From assembly GCA_035641795.1 (NCBI GenBank), contig DASQTR010000023.1:1-38465 (forward strand): a stretch of 38,465 nt of DNA, in the 5' to 3' direction. The position numbers were made by a program, and so were the translations under genes. Each line of letters opens with the position of its first letter. Within the stretch, counting starts at the first letter, position 1. Source of the stretch: Ilumatobacter sp. GTDB taxonomy: Bacteria; Actinomycetota; Acidimicrobiia; Acidimicrobiales; Ilumatobacteraceae. Under the pieces are notes generated by a model. It was not told where the DNA came from, made no database searches, and saw nothing but the letters and a program-made list of their open reading frames with translations. Below are positions 28,438 through 37,736 of this stretch, piece after piece.

Positions 28438-29658
28438 GGAGATCTTGCGGATCTCGACGATCTTCTCGGCGGCGTGGTTGGCGTCGTCGCCCTGGGCGCT
28501 CAACAGGGCGGAGCGATCCTTGGCGGCCTCGCGCTCGGCGAGCGCGGTGTCGGCCTTGGCGATCGCCGCCTCGATGCCGTGCTCGTTGATGAACTCCGCC
28601 CACTCGACGAGGGCCTCGACCATCTCTGACTCGGGCACGACGGCGATGTTGCGACCCTTCACGAACAAATGGCCGCGCTTGTTGCCGGCGGCGATGCCGA
28701 GATCGGCTTCGCGTGCCTCGCCCGGGCCGTTGACGACGCATCCCATCACGGCGACCTGCAGCGGCAGCTCGCGCTCGCCGAACGCCTCCATCGCCCGCCG
28801 CGCGACATCGATCACGTCGACCTCGGCGCGGCCGCACGACGGGCACGCGATCAGATCGACGTTCTTGCGCTCGCGCAGCCCAAGCGCCTCGAGCAGCTGC
28901 CGGCCGGCGCGCGCCTCCTCGACGGGATCGGCGGTCAGCGAGTACCGGATCGTGTCACCGATGCCCTCCATCAGCAGCGTGGCGATTCCCGCGGTCGCCT
29001 TGAGCAGCCCGGCCGGCGGTGGCCCGGCCTCGGTCACCCCCAGGTGGAGCGGATGATCGGTGACCTCGCTGAGCTGGCGGTAGGCCTCGACCATCAGCGG
29101 CACGCTGGAGGCCTTTACCGAGATCTTGATCAGGTCGAATCCGACCTCGTCGAAGTAGGCGATCTCCTGCAACGCCGACTCGACCATCGCCTCGGGCGTC
29201 GGCCCGCCGTGCTTCTCGTACAGCGCCGGATCGAGTGAGCCGGCGTTGACGCCGATGCGGATCGGCAGGCCACGATCGCGCGCTTCGGTCGCAACCGCCT
29301 TGATGTGCTCCGGCCGGCGGATGTTGCCGGGGTTGAGTCGTAGCCCGTGCACGCCGGCCTCGATCGCCGCCATCGCCATCTTGTACTGATGGTGGATGTC
29401 GGCGATCACGGGGATCGGCGAGCGCGGCACGATCTGGGCGAGACCCTCGGCGGCCTCTTGCTCGTTGCACGTGCAACGAACGATGTCGCAACCCGCCGCG
29501 GCAAGTGCGTAGATCTGCTGCAGGGTGCCCTCGACGTCAGACGTCTTGGTGATCGTCATCGACTGCACCGTGACCGGCGCTCCCCCACCAACGGCAACCC
29601 CACCAACGTGAATCTGCCGCGTCTTACGCCGCTCCGAGATCCAGCTGGTGACTTCCAC
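28429..29658 (-). CDS. ispG: (E)-4-hydroxy-3-methylbut-2-enyl-diphosphate synthase
   Basis: VQSMT, RLNPGNI, RIGVNAGSL, HLGVTEAG, ACPSCGR and AVMGCVVNGPGEA. Confidence 0.97.
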   Translation of the reverse strand: MEVTSWISERRKTRQIHVGGVAVGGGAPVTVQSMTITKTSDVEGTLQQIYALAAAGCDIVRCTCNEQEAAEGLAQIVPRSPIPVIADIHHQYKMAMAAIEAGVHGLRLNPGNIRRPEHIKAVATEARDRGLPIRIGVNAGSLDPALYEKHGGPTPEAMVESALQEIAYFDEVGFDLIKISVKASSVPLMVEAYRQLSEVTDHPLHLGVTEAGPPPAGLLKATAGIATLLMEGIGDTIRYSLTADPVEEARAGRQLLEALGLRERKNVDLIACPSCGRAEVDVIDVARRAMEAFGERELPLQVAVMGCVVNGPGEAREADLGIAAGNKRGHLFVKGRNIAVVPESEMVEALVEWAEFINEHGIEAAIAKADTALAEREAAKDRSALLSAQGDDANHAAEKIVEIRKISGV

Positions 29659-29659
29659 G

Positions 29660-30967
29660 TCAACCCACCGGCTGCGTGATGTCCAAATACAGTCCTGCCA
29701 TGAAGAGGAACATGAGCATCGTGATGACTGCCATCGCGAACGGCATCATCTTCGAGACGTCGGCGTGGTAGCGCTGACCGTTGCGCTCACGCAGCCGCTC
29801 GTAGGTGGCGATCGCGGCGTGTCCACCGTCGAGCGGTAGCAGCGGGAACATGTTGAACACGCCGACGAACACGTTGAGTATCGCAAGCAGGAAGAGGATG
29901 CCGATGAAGCCCGCGGAGTCGCCGACGTCGTCGCTCACCGAGGTGACGCCGACGAGGGTGGTCGGCCGGGTCTCGAGGTCTTCATTGGTGCCGGCAAGGT
30001 GGGTCGCGATGTTGACCGGGTTGAGCACCTTGACGACGCCCTTGGTCATCTCCCACGACGTGGGCACGATGTCGATCACGGCATTGACGGCGGCGGCCGG
30101 GACCGAATGGTCGATCGTCTCGAAGGCGCGGCTGCTGGACACGCCGATGTAGGGCTTGCCATACAGCGGCGACGACCGGTCGGCGTTGGCGGCGATCACG
30201 ACCGGAACCGCGACGCGGGCGCCGTCGCGCAGGACAACCACATCGAGCGTGTCACCCGCACGGCTGGCTTGAACCACAGTGCCGAGATCCTCTGGTTCCT
30301 CCAACCGTTCGCCGTCGATGGCGACGATCACGTCGTCGGAGCGCAACCCCGCCGTGGCGGCCGGGCTGGCGACGAGCACCTGGCGGACCTCGACACCGTC
30401 GGTCGGCGTGATCTCGCCGTCGGCCACGTACACCGTGAACAGCAGCACGATCGCGATCAGCATGTGCATCAGCGACCCGGCGGAGATCACCAGCATCCGC
30501 CGCGGGTAGCTCTTCGAGCGGTACGTGCGCGACTCGTCCTCGGGCGGCACCTCGTCCATGTTGTTCATCCCGATGATGCGGACGAAGGCACCGAGCGGCA
30601 ACGCCCGCACGCCATATTCGGTCTCGCCCTTGCGGAAGCTCCACAGCCGGGGCCCGAAGCCGATGAAGAACTGCGTCGCCTTCATCCCCGTCCAGCGCGC
30701 TGTCATGTAGTGCCCGAGCTCGTGCATGAAGATCGAGATCAGCACGCCGACCACGAACACGAGCCACCAGAGGTTGAACAACCCGAGCACGCCGATCAGG
30801 GCCACGACGCCGATCACGCCGACCAGGCCGCGAACACCGCCGACCAGCTCGTCGTCGGCCTTCTCGACAACCGAGCCGCCCGCCATGACCTCGCTCGTCA
30901 GGCGGCCCGTGCGCCGCGCCGGAGCCTCTGGTACGGGCGGGGGCGGGAGCTGCTGATCAGTCGTCAT
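29660..30967 (-). CDS. rseP: RIP (site-2) zinc metalloprotease with PDZ domain
   Basis: HELGH, F.IGFGP, PLG.FV.I.GM, PDZ segment and N.FPLLPLDGGH; between dxr and ispG. Confidence 0.93.
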   Translation of the reverse strand: MTTDQQLPPPPVPEAPARRTGRLTSEVMAGGSVVEKADDELVGGVRGLVGVIGVVALIGVLGLFNLWWLVFVVGVLISIFMHELGHYMTARWTGMKATQFFIGFGPRLWSFRKGETEYGVRALPLGAFVRIIGMNNMDEVPPEDESRTYRSKSYPRRMLVISAGSLMHMLIAIVLLFTVYVADGEITPTDGVEVRQVLVASPAATAGLRSDDVIVAIDGERLEEPEDLGTVVQASRAGDTLDVVVLRDGARVAVPVVIAANADRSSPLYGKPYIGVSSSRAFETIDHSVPAAAVNAVIDIVPTSWEMTKGVVKVLNPVNIATHLAGTNEDLETRPTTLVGVTSVSDDVGDSAGFIGILFLLAILNVFVGVFNMFPLLPLDGGHAAIATYERLRERNGQRYHADVSKMMPFAMAVITMLMFLFMAGLYLDITQPVG

Positions 30968-32127
30968 GTGCGTGCGAAGGTGTCGATGAAGTCGGTCGCC
31001 CGGCGCCGTGCCTCGGCGTCAGCGGCGATCACGTCGTCGACGGTATCGGGCGATGCGCCGTCATGGGCGTCGAGGACTGCAACGGATACATCGGCGATCT
31101 GATTCCAGGAGATGAGTCCGCCGAGAAAGGCCTCCACAGCGACCTCGTTGGCCCCGCTCAACCAGGCCGGTGCGGTCCCCCCAGCGCGCCCTGCCGCGTA
31201 GGCCAGCAAGAGGCAGCGGAACGTCGTCGTGTCCGGCGGCTCGAAGTCGAGCCGGCGCAACGCTGCCCAGTCGATGCGCCCGAAGGGTGTGCCGATGCGG
31301 TGCGGGTACGCCAGCGCGTACCCGATCGGCAACCGCATGTCGGGCATGCTGAGCTGCGCAATCGTGGATCCGTCGGTGAACTCTGCCATCGAGTGCACGA
31401 CCGACTGGGGGTGCACGACCACCTCGATGCGGTCGTAGTCGACGCCGAACAGCTCATGGGCCTCGATCACCTCGAGCCCCTTGTTCATGAGGGTGCTCGA
31501 ATCGACGGTGATCTTCGGCCCCATCGCCCATGTCGGGTGGGCGAGCGCTTCCGCCACCGTGACGTGCGCCAGCTCGTCGGCTGCGCGGCCGCGGAACGGG
31601 CCGCCGCTGGCGGTGATGACGATCCGCGCAACCTCGCCGGGGGTCCCGGAACGTAGGCATTGGTGGACTGCGCAGTGCTCGCTGTCGACGGGGATCAGTT
31701 CCGCGCCGGGCGTGGCGCGCAACGGTTGGACGACCGGGCCGGCGGCGATCAGGCTCTCCTTGTTGGCCAGCCCCAGCCGGCGACCGCTGCGCAGCGTTTG
31801 GATCGTCACCGCCAGACCGGCGAAGCCGACGACGCCGTTGATGACGACGTCTGCGAGTTCGACCACGTCGGCCTGGTCGGCGACCACGTCGATGCCGAGC
31901 GGCTGCAGTGCGTCGGCGACTTCGGCGCGCGCTCGCGCGTCGGCGACGGCGACCACCGCGGGACGGAACTCCTTCGCCTGCTCGACCAGCGTCTGTGCCG
32001 AGGATCCCGCGCCCAACGCCACGACTTCGTACCGGTCGCGCCCTTCGGCGCGCACGACGTCGAGCGTCTGTGTCCCGATCGATCCCGTCGAACCGGCGAT
32101 CGCGACTCGAACGGGCGCCGAGCTCAT
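30964..32127 (-). CDS. dxr: 1-deoxy-D-xylulose 5-phosphate reductoisomerase
   Basis: GSTGSIGTQT, LANKESL, PVDSEH, HPTWAMGPKIT and NKGLEVIEAH. Confidence 0.97.
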   Translation of the reverse strand: MSSAPVRVAIAGSTGSIGTQTLDVVRAEGRDRYEVVALGAGSSAQTLVEQAKEFRPAVVAVADARARAEVADALQPLGIDVVADQADVVELADVVINGVVGFAGLAVTIQTLRSGRRLGLANKESLIAAGPVVQPLRATPGAELIPVDSEHCAVHQCLRSGTPGEVARIVITASGGPFRGRAADELAHVTVAEALAHPTWAMGPKITVDSSTLMNKGLEVIEAHELFGVDYDRIEVVVHPQSVVHSMAEFTDGSTIAQLSMPDMRLPIGYALAYPHRIGTPFGRIDWAALRRLDFEPPDTTTFRCLLLAYAAGRAGGTAPAWLSGANEVAVEAFLGGLISWNQIADVSVAVLDAHDGASPDTVDDVIAADAEARRRATDFIDTFART

Positions 32128-32147
32128 CGTCTCGCCTATGGGCTCGG

Positions 32148-33578
32148 CTATCCGGCGCGGACGACGGTCCAGGGTTCGAGCACCATGGTCAGGTAGTAGA
32201 CGGCCGGCAAGGCGAACAGGAAGCCGTCGAAGCGGTCGAGCACGCCGCCGTGGCCCTTGACGATCGACCCGAAGTCCTTGGTGTCGAGGTTGCGCTTGAA
32301 CATGCTCTCGACGAGGTCGCCGAGCGGGGCGAAGACCGAGATCACGATCGCAAGTGCGAACAGGTGCTTCTGCGACTTCCAGGTGTCACTCCACTCGCCG
32401 ATGCCGACGACCACCATCGCGACGATCGTCATCAAGGCGCCGCCGATCAGCCCCTCGACGGTCTTGTTGGGGCTGATCCACGGTCGCAGCGGCGTGCGGC
32501 CGGCAGCGGAGCCGACGAACAGCGCGCCGATGTCGTTGACGACCACGCCGAGCGCGAGCAGGAACAGCGTGTCGGTGCCTCGGTTGGACGCGCCCGGCAG
32601 GTCGCTGCCGGAGTTCGTGGACAACCGCAGGATCAGCATTGCGAATGATCCCAGCAGGCCGATCCATATGATCCCCAACGTCGTGATCGACACGTTCGGC
32701 ATCGGACCCGCCTCGACGCTGCGGGCGCCGATGAATGTGATCGACGTCGCCATGAACGCGAACACGATCGCGAGCGGGAGCGTGCCGTCACCGAGCCAGT
32801 ACGCGGCTGCGGGCGCCGCCACGCACCCGACGATGCCGGGGATCACTGCCGGCCGGTAGCCCTTCTCCGACACCTTGTCGTAGAACTCGACCGCGCCGAG
32901 ACCGATCACGATGCAGATCAGCACGGCCAACGTCCACGGTTCGTACATCAGCGCGGCGAGGAACACCGCCGCCAGCAGCAGACCGACGGCGATCGCGACC
33001 GGCATGTCACGTCCCGACTTGGGCGGCGGCGCGCTACGCGTCCGGGACGTGCTAGGCGGGGGCGCGCCACGCCGCCGGCTCGTCGGCGGCCGGCGCGGGA
33101 TGCCCGACGGATCGGTGCCGATCGTGATCCGGCTGGGCTCGCGGGTGACGACGTCGGACTCGCCCGACACGCGGCGGTGCTGACCGCTGACCTTCGACGC
33201 GTCGTCGGTGACGCGACGCTGCTGCCCGGTACGGCGGTCGCTCGCCGGCGCCTGCGCCTCGATCGGCTCGTCGTCCTGCCACACCGGCGACTCGGACGAG
33301 AACGACGACCACACGTCGAGCTCGGCATCGTCGACGTCCTCGACGCCCTCCTCGACGTCGAGCCGCGGCACCTCACCGGTGGGCGGATCGGTCCAGTGCG
33401 GGAGGTTGCCGGTATCGCTGGCGCCGAAGCTGATCGACTCGTTCTCCTTACTCTCCTTGGCGGCTTTCTTGCCCCGCACCTCGTCGATGTTCTGGGTGGG
33501 CTCGGCGTCGTCGAACAGTGAGCCGTACTCGCTGAAATCGTCTCGGTCCCGGCGCTCGCGCCACATGTCGTCGCTCAT
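32148..33578 (-). CDS. cdsA: Phosphatidate cytidylyltransferase with long N-terminal extension
   Basis: ISPNKTVEG, GDLVESMFKR...KDFG....GHGGVLDRFD; GAAAGGA precedes the ATG at 33578. Confidence 0.93.
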   Translation of the reverse strand: MSDDMWRERRDRDDFSEYGSLFDDAEPTQNIDEVRGKKAAKESKENESISFGASDTGNLPHWTDPPTGEVPRLDVEEGVEDVDDAELDVWSSFSSESPVWQDDEPIEAQAPASDRRTGQQRRVTDDASKVSGQHRRVSGESDVVTREPSRITIGTDPSGIPRRPPTSRRRGAPPPSTSRTRSAPPPKSGRDMPVAIAVGLLLAAVFLAALMYEPWTLAVLICIVIGLGAVEFYDKVSEKGYRPAVIPGIVGCVAAPAAAYWLGDGTLPLAIVFAFMATSITFIGARSVEAGPMPNVSITTLGIIWIGLLGSFAMLILRLSTNSGSDLPGASNRGTDTLFLLALGVVVNDIGALFVGSAAGRTPLRPWISPNKTVEGLIGGALMTIVAMVVVGIGEWSDTWKSQKHLFALAIVISVFAPLGDLVESMFKRNLDTKDFGSIVKGHGGVLDRFDGFLFALPAVYYLTMVLEPWTVVRAG

Positions 33579-33633
33579 GCCTGTTCCTTTCCCCAAGTCC
33601 CTTGCCGGCCCGTGTCGCCCTGCGCCGCCGAAC

Positions 33634-34191
33634 CTAGACCTCGAGCAGTTCGGATTCCTTGCGGCCGAACGCCTTGTCGATCCGCTCGACGTGGTCGTGG
33701 GTGACCTTCTCGAGCTCCTTCTCGGCGCGGTCGAGGTCGTCGCGGGAGATGACGCCCTCCTTCTCGGCGGCCTCGAGGTGCTTGCGCGCGTCGCGCCGGA
33801 TGTTGCGGACCGCGACGCGGCCCTCCTCGGCCATGTGCTTGACGACCTTCACGTACTCGCGGCGGCGCTCCTCGGTGAGCGGTGGGAAGTTGAGGCGGAT
33901 CACGACCCCGTCGTTGTTGGGCGACACGCCGAGGTCACTGTCGCGTATCGCCTTCTCGATCGGTGCCAGCGCCCCACGCTCGTGGGGCTTCACCATCAGC
34001 GAGCGGGCCTCCGGGACCTGGATCGAGGCCAGCTGCTGCAGTGGCACCGGAGCGCCGTAGTAGTCGACGAGCAGGCGCTCGAGCAGCGCCGGCGCGGCAC
34101 GGCCGGTACGTACCGTGGCGAAGTCGTTCTGGACGTGCTCGACCGCCTTGTCCATCTTTTCCATGGCGTCGAGCATGGTGTCGTCGATCAC
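33634..34191 (-). CDS. frr: Ribosome recycling factor
   Basis: RTGRA, VDYYG, PPLTEERR and VRNIRRDA; GTG start gives 185 aa. Confidence 0.97.
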   Translation of the reverse strand: MIDDTMLDAMEKMDKAVEHVQNDFATVRTGRAAPALLERLLVDYYGAPVPLQQLASIQVPEARSLMVKPHERGALAPIEKAIRDSDLGVSPNNDGVVIRLNFPPLTEERRREYVKVVKHMAEEGRVAVRNIRRDARKHLEAAEKEGVISRDDLDRAEKELEKVTHDHVERIDKAFGRKESELLEV

Positions 34192-34267
34192 CACCACAGA
34201 GTAACCACCGGTCGTCCACAGCGGGAACATGCCGATCGACCCGGCACGTGGCCGCTTAGCAGGTGAT

Positions 34268-34993
34268 TCAGGACACGATCGTGCCGACGTGCCCGCCGGT
34301 GAGGATCGAGCGCAATGCGCCCGCCGCCGACATGCCGAACACGACGATCGGGATCTTGTTGTCGCGGCAGAACGCGATCGCCGTGGCGTCCATCACCTTC
34401 AGGTCGCGGTTCATCACGTCCATGTAGCTGATCTCGTCGAACCGAACCGCCTCCGGGTTGCTGCGCGGGTCGGCGTCGTACACGCCGTCGACCCCCGAGT
34501 GCGTGCCCTTGAGCAGCGCCTCGGCCTCGAGCTCGGCGGCACGTAGCGCGGCCGCGGTGTCGGTGGTGAAGAACGGATTGCCGGTGCCGGCGGCAAAGAT
34601 CACGACCCGGCCCTTCTCGAGATGGCGCACCGCGCGGCGACGGATGTACGGCTCGGCAATCCGCGGCATCTCGATCGCGGACTGCACGCGAGTCGCTTGG
34701 CCGCGGCGCTCGAGCGCATCCTGGAGGGCGAGCGCGTTCATGACCGTGCCGAGCATGCCGATGTGGTCGCTCTGGGTGGCGTCCATGCCCTCCATGGCGC
34801 CGGTGCGGCCGCGCCAGAAGTTGCCGCCACCGACGACAACGGCGACGTCGACGTCGAGATTCTGGCGGATGTCGGTGATCTCGGCCGCCGTCTGGTCGAG
34901 CGTCGGGCCGTCGAGCCCCCGCCCGGTCGGGCCGGCGAGCGCCTCACCCGACGGCTTGAAGACGATTCGCTTCCAGCGCGGCCGCTCCGTCAC
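34268..34993 (-). CDS. pyrH: UMP kinase
   Basis: [33 protein letters not shown] and DGVYDADP. Confidence 0.96.
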   Translation of the reverse strand: MTERPRWKRIVFKPSGEALAGPTGRGLDGPTLDQTAAEITDIRQNLDVDVAVVVGGGNFWRGRTGAMEGMDATQSDHIGMLGTVMNALALQDALERRGQATRVQSAIEMPRIAEPYIRRRAVRHLEKGRVVIFAAGTGNPFFTTDTAAALRAAELEAEALLKGTHSGVDGVYDADPRSNPEAVRFDEISYMDVMNRDLKVMDATAIAFCRDNKIPIVVFGMSAAGALRSILTGGHVGTIVS

Positions 34994-35070
34994 AAGATGT
35001 GAGTCTGCCAGACGCTGCCATCGCCGCTTCCATTTAGGAGTTTGGGACCTGAATCGAGATCTGGCTCGAA

Positions 35071-35859
35071 TCAGCCGATCTCGACTTGGGCGTAGCGGAT
35101 GACGGTGGCCTTGCCGAGGATCTGCTTGATCGACTGCTTGTCGTCCTTGGCGTATGGCTGCTCGAGCAGACACACATCCTTGAAGAAGCCGTTCAGGCGA
35201 CCCTCGACGATCTTGGGCAGCGCCGCCTCTGGCTTGCCCTCGTTGCGCGTGATCGTCTCGAGCGTCTTGCGCTCGGCCTCGACGACGTCGGCCGGCACGT
35301 CGTCGGGACGCAGGTACTTGGGCCGCGCGAACGCGATGTGTACGGCGATGTCGTGGGCCAGCTCGTCGCCACCGTCGGCGAGCTCGACCAGCACACCGTT
35401 GACACCACGTCCGCCCTGCACGTGCTCGTAGTGGCCGATCACATTGCCGGGGGCGGCCTCGAAGCGCACGACCTCGCCGAGCTCGATGTTCTCCTTGAGC
35501 ACGATCTTGAGTTGCTCGAGCTCGGGTGCGCGCTCTGCCACGGCGTCGGTGCCCTTGGCGGCGACGAGGTCGACGAGCGTGTCGGCCTCGGCCTTGAACT
35601 GCTCGCTGCCCGCGACGAAGTCGGTCTCGGACTTGAGCTGCACGATCGCCCCGACGCCACCGTCGACCTTGAGCGCCACGACACCCTGGTTGTTCTCGCG
35701 GTCGTCGCGCTTGGCGCTGGCGGCCAGACCCTTCTCGCGGAGCAACTGCTTGGCGGCGTCGATGTCGCCATCGGTCTCCTGGAGCGCCCTCTTGCAGTCC
35801 ATCATGCCGGCGCCGGTGCTGTCCCGCAGCGCCTTCACGTCCTGTGCGGTGAATGCCAT
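35071..35859 (-). CDS. tsf: Elongation factor Ts
   Basis: [24 protein letters not shown] and KIVEGRL; start trimmed to MAFTA. Confidence 0.97.
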   Translation of the reverse strand: MAFTAQDVKALRDSTGAGMMDCKRALQETDGDIDAAKQLLREKGLAASAKRDDRENNQGVVALKVDGGVGAIVQLKSETDFVAGSEQFKAEADTLVDLVAAKGTDAVAERAPELEQLKIVLKENIELGEVVRFEAAPGNVIGHYEHVQGGRGVNGVLVELADGGDELAHDIAVHIAFARPKYLRPDDVPADVVEAERKTLETITRNEGKPEAALPKIVEGRLNGFFKDVCLLEQPYAKDDKQSIKQILGKATVIRYAQVEIG

Positions 35860-35920
35860 GTCGATGTTGTTCCTGAAACTGGGTGTGGGGGTTGAATCGT
35901 CGAAGGTTGTGTGAAGCGAA

Positions 35921-37054
35921 TCACGCCTCGTCGTTGTCGGCACTGTCGTTGTCGGCACTGTCGTTGTCGGCCGTCTCGGCAGCAGTGTCGTTGTCGGGAG
36001 TGTCGTCGTCGGCCGGCGCCTCGCCGTTGGCGACATCGGCAGCCTCCATGTCGGCGGCCGGCGCCACGTCCTCGGGAGCCGTTGGCTCGGCGGCGCGCTC
36101 GTCGGCACCAGGCTCCTCGGCTGGCGGCTCCTCGGCGCGCAGCTCGTCGGCCGGCGCCGCCTCGGCCGGCGTCTCGTCGACCGCCGAGGCAGATGCCGGT
36201 GCGGCCGGGCGCTTGGCGGCGGTCAGTCGTGCTTCGCGATCGGCCTGTGCCTTGGCGGCGGCGTTGCGCGCCTCGGTCTGCGCCTGCGCGAAGGCGGCCT
36301 CCTCCTCTGGACTGCGCTCTGGGCGCGCAGGCGTTTCGTCGACGGCGGCCGTGGGGCGCGGGCGGCGGGAGGCGATGTAACGGCCCTCCTCGACGGCCTC
36401 GGCGATCACGCGGACGAGCAGGCCGTTGGCGCGGATGGCGTCGTCGTTGCCGGGGATCGGGTACTGGATCACGTCGGGGTCGACGTTGGTGTCGACGACG
36501 GCGACGACAGGGATGCCGAGCTTGTTGGCCTCGGTGACGGCGATGTGCTCCTTCTTGGTGTCGATCACGAACACCGCGTCGGGAAGCTTCTTCATGTCTC
36601 GGAGGCCACCGAGGTTGCGCTGCAACTTGCCGAGCTCGCGGTCGAGGATGAGCGCCTCCTTCTTGAGCATCGCATCGAACTCACCCGACGCCTTCATGCG
36701 CTCGTACTCCAGCATCTTGCCGACGCGCTTGGAGATCGTCTCGAAGTTGGTGAGCATGCCACCCAGCCAGCGCTCGTTGACGTAGGGCATGCCGACCTTC
36801 TCGGCGTAGCTCTGAACCGGATCTTGGGCCTGCTTCTTGGTGCCGACGAACAGCACGGTGCCGCCCTTGGCCGTCAGCTCTCGGATGAAGTTGTACGCAA
36901 CCTCGACCCGGCTCAGCGTCTGCTCGAGATCGATGATGTAGATCCCGTTGCGCTCACCGAAGATGAATCGCTTCATCTTCGGGTTCCACCGGCGGGTCTG
37001 GTGTCCGAAGTGGACACCGGCTTCCAGCATCTGACGCATGCTGATGACGGCCAT
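35921..37054 (-). CDS. rpsB: 30S ribosomal protein S2 with long acidic C-terminal extension
   Basis: [27 protein letters not shown] and PGNDDAIR; GAGGAG RBS. Confidence 0.98.
   Translation of the reverse strand: MAVISMRQMLEAGVHFGHQTRRWNPKMKRFIFGERNGIYIIDLEQTLSRVEVAYNFIRELTAKGGTVLFVGTKKQAQDPVQSYAEKVGMPYVNERWLGGMLTNFETISKRVGKMLEYERMKASGEFDAMLKKEALILDRELGKLQRNLGGLRDMKKLPDAVFVIDTKKEHIAVTEANKLGIPVVAVVDTNVDPDVIQYPIPGNDDAIRANGLLVRVIAEAVEEGRYIASRRPRPTAAVDETPARPERSPEEEAAFAQAQTEARNAAAKAQADREARLTAAKRPAAPASASAVDETPAEAAPADELRAEEPPAEEPGADERAAEPTAPEDVAPAADMEAADVANGEAPADDDTPDNDTAAETADNDSADNDSADNDEA
35931..35971. repeat. 15-bp tandem repeat within the rpsB tail (ADNDS units)
   Basis: TCGTTGTCGGCACTG twice plus an 11-bp partial copy. 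Confidence 0.85.
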
Positions 37055-37059
37055 TCGTT

Positions 37060-37125
37060 GCTCCTCGTGCGGTTGCAGACCGTCCCGGGCGCCGAAGCGA
37101 CCGCAGCGGGGACGGTTGTTGACTC
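37060..37125 (-). promoter_or_regulatory. Structured rpsB 5' leader (putative S2 autoregulatory element)
   Basis: ACCGTCCC/GGGACGGT stem (37116-37109 with 37086-37079) flanked by CAAC motifs just before the RBS; rpsB leaders are known autoregulatory sites. Confidence 0.45.
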
Positions 37126-37162
37126 GATTCGACGACTGCCGGTCGACAGCCGGTCGGCAATG

Positions 37163-37717
37163 CTAGCTGGTGGTCTTCGCGATTCCGACAGATGGCTCCG
37201 TGGCGCAGACGAGCCGCGGCGGACCAGCCGGCGCGGCGGCGCTGCCGTCGGCCGGCACGAGGCGTACGACACCGGCGAGACGTCCGATCGACGGCGCCGG
37301 GTCGACGTAGCGCTCTCCTTCACGAAGCCCGAAGTGGAACGCGCCCGCGGCGTGGCCGACGACCGCCCCCGTTGCGATCACGTCACCCTGCGCGTGAAGC
37401 CGATCGGAGAGGTTGCCGTATGTCGCCCGCCTGCCGTCGGGATGCCGGATCACGATGTACCTGCGCCCGGCGACGGTGCCGCTGAACGTGACCTCACCTG
37501 ACGTGACCGCTGTGATCGCGTCGCCCGTGTGCGTGGCGTATTCGATGCCGCGGTTGCCGGGGCACCATCGGCAGGCCGGCTCGCGGAACGGATCGGACAC
37601 GGGCGCCGAGACAGGGGGTCGCCAGCACGCGGCCGCGAGCGCCGGCGAAACAGCGGCTACTGGCCACAACAGCGCGACGACGAGCGCGGCGGCCAACCGG
37701 TGTGCTGCCGCGTTCAT
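37163..37717 (-). CDS. M23 peptidase-like secreted protein (degenerate active site)
   Basis: Signal peptide, G.VTFSG.VAG, V..G.VVG and HFGLR...YVDP; syntenic position upstream of rpsB. Confidence 0.82.
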   Translation of the reverse strand: MNAAAHRLAAALVVALLWPVAAVSPALAAACWRPPVSAPVSDPFREPACRWCPGNRGIEYATHTGDAITAVTSGEVTFSGTVAGRRYIVIRHPDGRRATYGNLSDRLHAQGDVIATGAVVGHAAGAFHFGLREGERYVDPAPSIGRLAGVVRLVPADGSAAAPAGPPRLVCATEPSVGIAKTTS

Positions 37718-37736
37718 CAGGGGGCCGTACGGGTCG

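Noticed and set aside
35071-36108. Extended EF-Ts N-terminus in the ORF track
   Set aside because: It is an alternative frame of the rpsB tail; EF-Ts homology starts at the ATG at 35859.
35931-36200. CRISPR-like repeats
   Set aside because: In-frame coding tandem repeats without unique spacers; no cas genes in the window.
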